Assembly: GCA_965371625.1 (NCBI GenBank)
Contig: CBDUZE010000001.1
Span: forward strand, 71,320 to 135,319
DNA from: an uncultured Alphaproteobacteria bacterium
Lineage (GTDB): Bacteria > Pseudomonadota > Alphaproteobacteria > CBDUZE01
Direction of reading: 5' to 3'
DNA: 64,000 nt
Shown: positions 63,422-64,000 of the stretch, in pieces
Position numbering within the stretch: position 1 is the stretch's first letter
Layout of the letters: each line of letters starts with the position of its first letter
Program-made: the position numbers and the translations under genes
Notes under the pieces: model-generated
Told to the model about the DNA's origin: nothing
The model's input: the letters and a program-made list of their open reading frames with translations, nothing else
Databases searched by the model: none

Positions 63422-63964
63422 CTACTGAACGATCATTTCCCGGAACAGAACGTCGTTGATGCGAACCGGCGTGACCGCCGCGTTGACCCGCACCAGCAGT
63501 TCCTCCTTGAGCCGAAACAGCCCGGCCGAGCCATTGAGGTCGTCGAGTCGCAGCTCGCGCAGGTAGACCTGGAAATTGTCGATAATGCGGGGCAGCACGA
63601 GATCGAGCCGCTCGACCGCCTCGGCGTCCTCGATCTCCAGCGATACCTTGAGCCTCAGGAAGGTGTTGCGCTTGCCGCCGCTGTTCAGGTTCACCAGCAA
63701 TTCGGGCAGATCGTAGTAGATCACCGTTTTCGACTCGCGCCCGCTCGCCTCGTCACCGCCCTCTCCCAGCAGGCCGCCAAAATAGGCGGCAGCGCCGCCG
63801 CCGCCGAAAAGAAGGAGAGGTAGAATTACGAACAGGGTGAGCCTCTTGCCGCTCAGCTTCTTCTTGCGGCGGGATTGGTCGTCCTCGTCTCCCAGCGCTT
63901 CGTCGTCCTCGTCTCCCAGCGCCTCATCGGCGCCGGGCTCGAGATCGGTGTCGAGATCGCCCAT
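63422..63964 (-). CDS. fliL: Flagellar basal-body-associated protein FliL
   Basis: TM helix (LTLFVILPLLLFGG) plus FliL periplasmic domain. ORF runs to the window edge, so the start (taken as MGDLDTD) is uncertain. Confidence 0.7.
   Translation of the reverse strand: MGDLDTDLEPGADEALGDEDDEALGDEDDQSRRKKKLSGKRLTLFVILPLLLFGGGGAAAYFGGLLGEGGDEASGRESKTVIYYDLPELLVNLNSGGKRNTFLRLKVSLEIEDAEAVERLDLVLPRIIDNFQVYLRELRLDDLNGSAGLFRLKEELLVRVNAAVTPVRINDVLFREMIVQ
63879..63926. repeat. 24-bp tandem duplication in fliL 5' region encoding EALGDEDD x2
   Basis: Read directly (tcgtcctcgtctcccagcgcttcg / tcgtcctcgtctcccagcgcctca). Confidence 0.6.
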
Positions 63965-64000
63965 AGCTATACCGCGTCCGAGGATAAAATAAGCTTCCAC

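Overview
High-GC (about 68-70%) alphaproteobacterial-type chromosomal window (RecA and flagellar proteins look Rhodospirillales-like), densely coding, with two compositionally deviant inserts.

Ordered content:
(i) hyuB/hyuA hydantoinase-oxoprolinase pair (minus), divergent from a four-gene Sdh/Frd-like oxidoreductase cluster: two tandem, about 75% identical flavoprotein paralogs, a 2Fe-2S/4Fe-4S subunit and an HdrB/SdhE-type CCG-domain subunit.
(ii) A lower-GC block (about 8.6-12.6 kb) holding a divergent atypical response regulator and a luxI - cytochrome P450 - luxR quorum-sensing operon, with tandem direct repeats in the shared promoter.
(iii) An amino-acid/opine-type catabolic region: M20 peptidase, enoyl-CoA hydratase, ADP-forming acyl-CoA synthetase, two DMT exporters, DadA-like dehydrogenase, Zn-ADH, PotD/PotA/PotBC-like ABC transporter, ornithine cyclodeaminase-family enzyme, DapA-like lyase and an HcnABC/opine-oxidase-like three-subunit dehydrogenase.
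(iv) A strongly AT-rich island of about 2.4 kb (27.7-30.1 kb) splitting that catabolic region. It encodes a TIGR02391-type HEPN (Rx4H) protein, a 391-aa orphan protein and an 83-aa tail-anchored membrane protein. This is my best candidate for an undescribed defence/abortive-infection-like module. Identical 16-bp motifs sit in the two flanking promoter regions.
(v) LysM protein, dihaem cytochrome c, cytochrome c', an IS transposase remnant, LOG, icd, alaS (carrying an in-frame GEDDG tandem-repeat insertion) and recA with a putative SOS box.
(vi) A large flagellar/chemotaxis region: CckA-like hybrid kinase, flhB-fliR-fliQ-fliE-flgC-flgB, a standalone FlhB C-terminal-domain protein, fliO-fliP, a 1164-aa AMIN+TPR periplasmic protein, motB-like pair, cheZ-cheY, a MgtE_N-domain (MotE-like) protein, fliM and fliL.

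No rRNA, tRNA or CRISPR array was recognised. Start codons are approximate in several cases. Many long antisense ORFs in the six-frame track are GC-driven artefacts.
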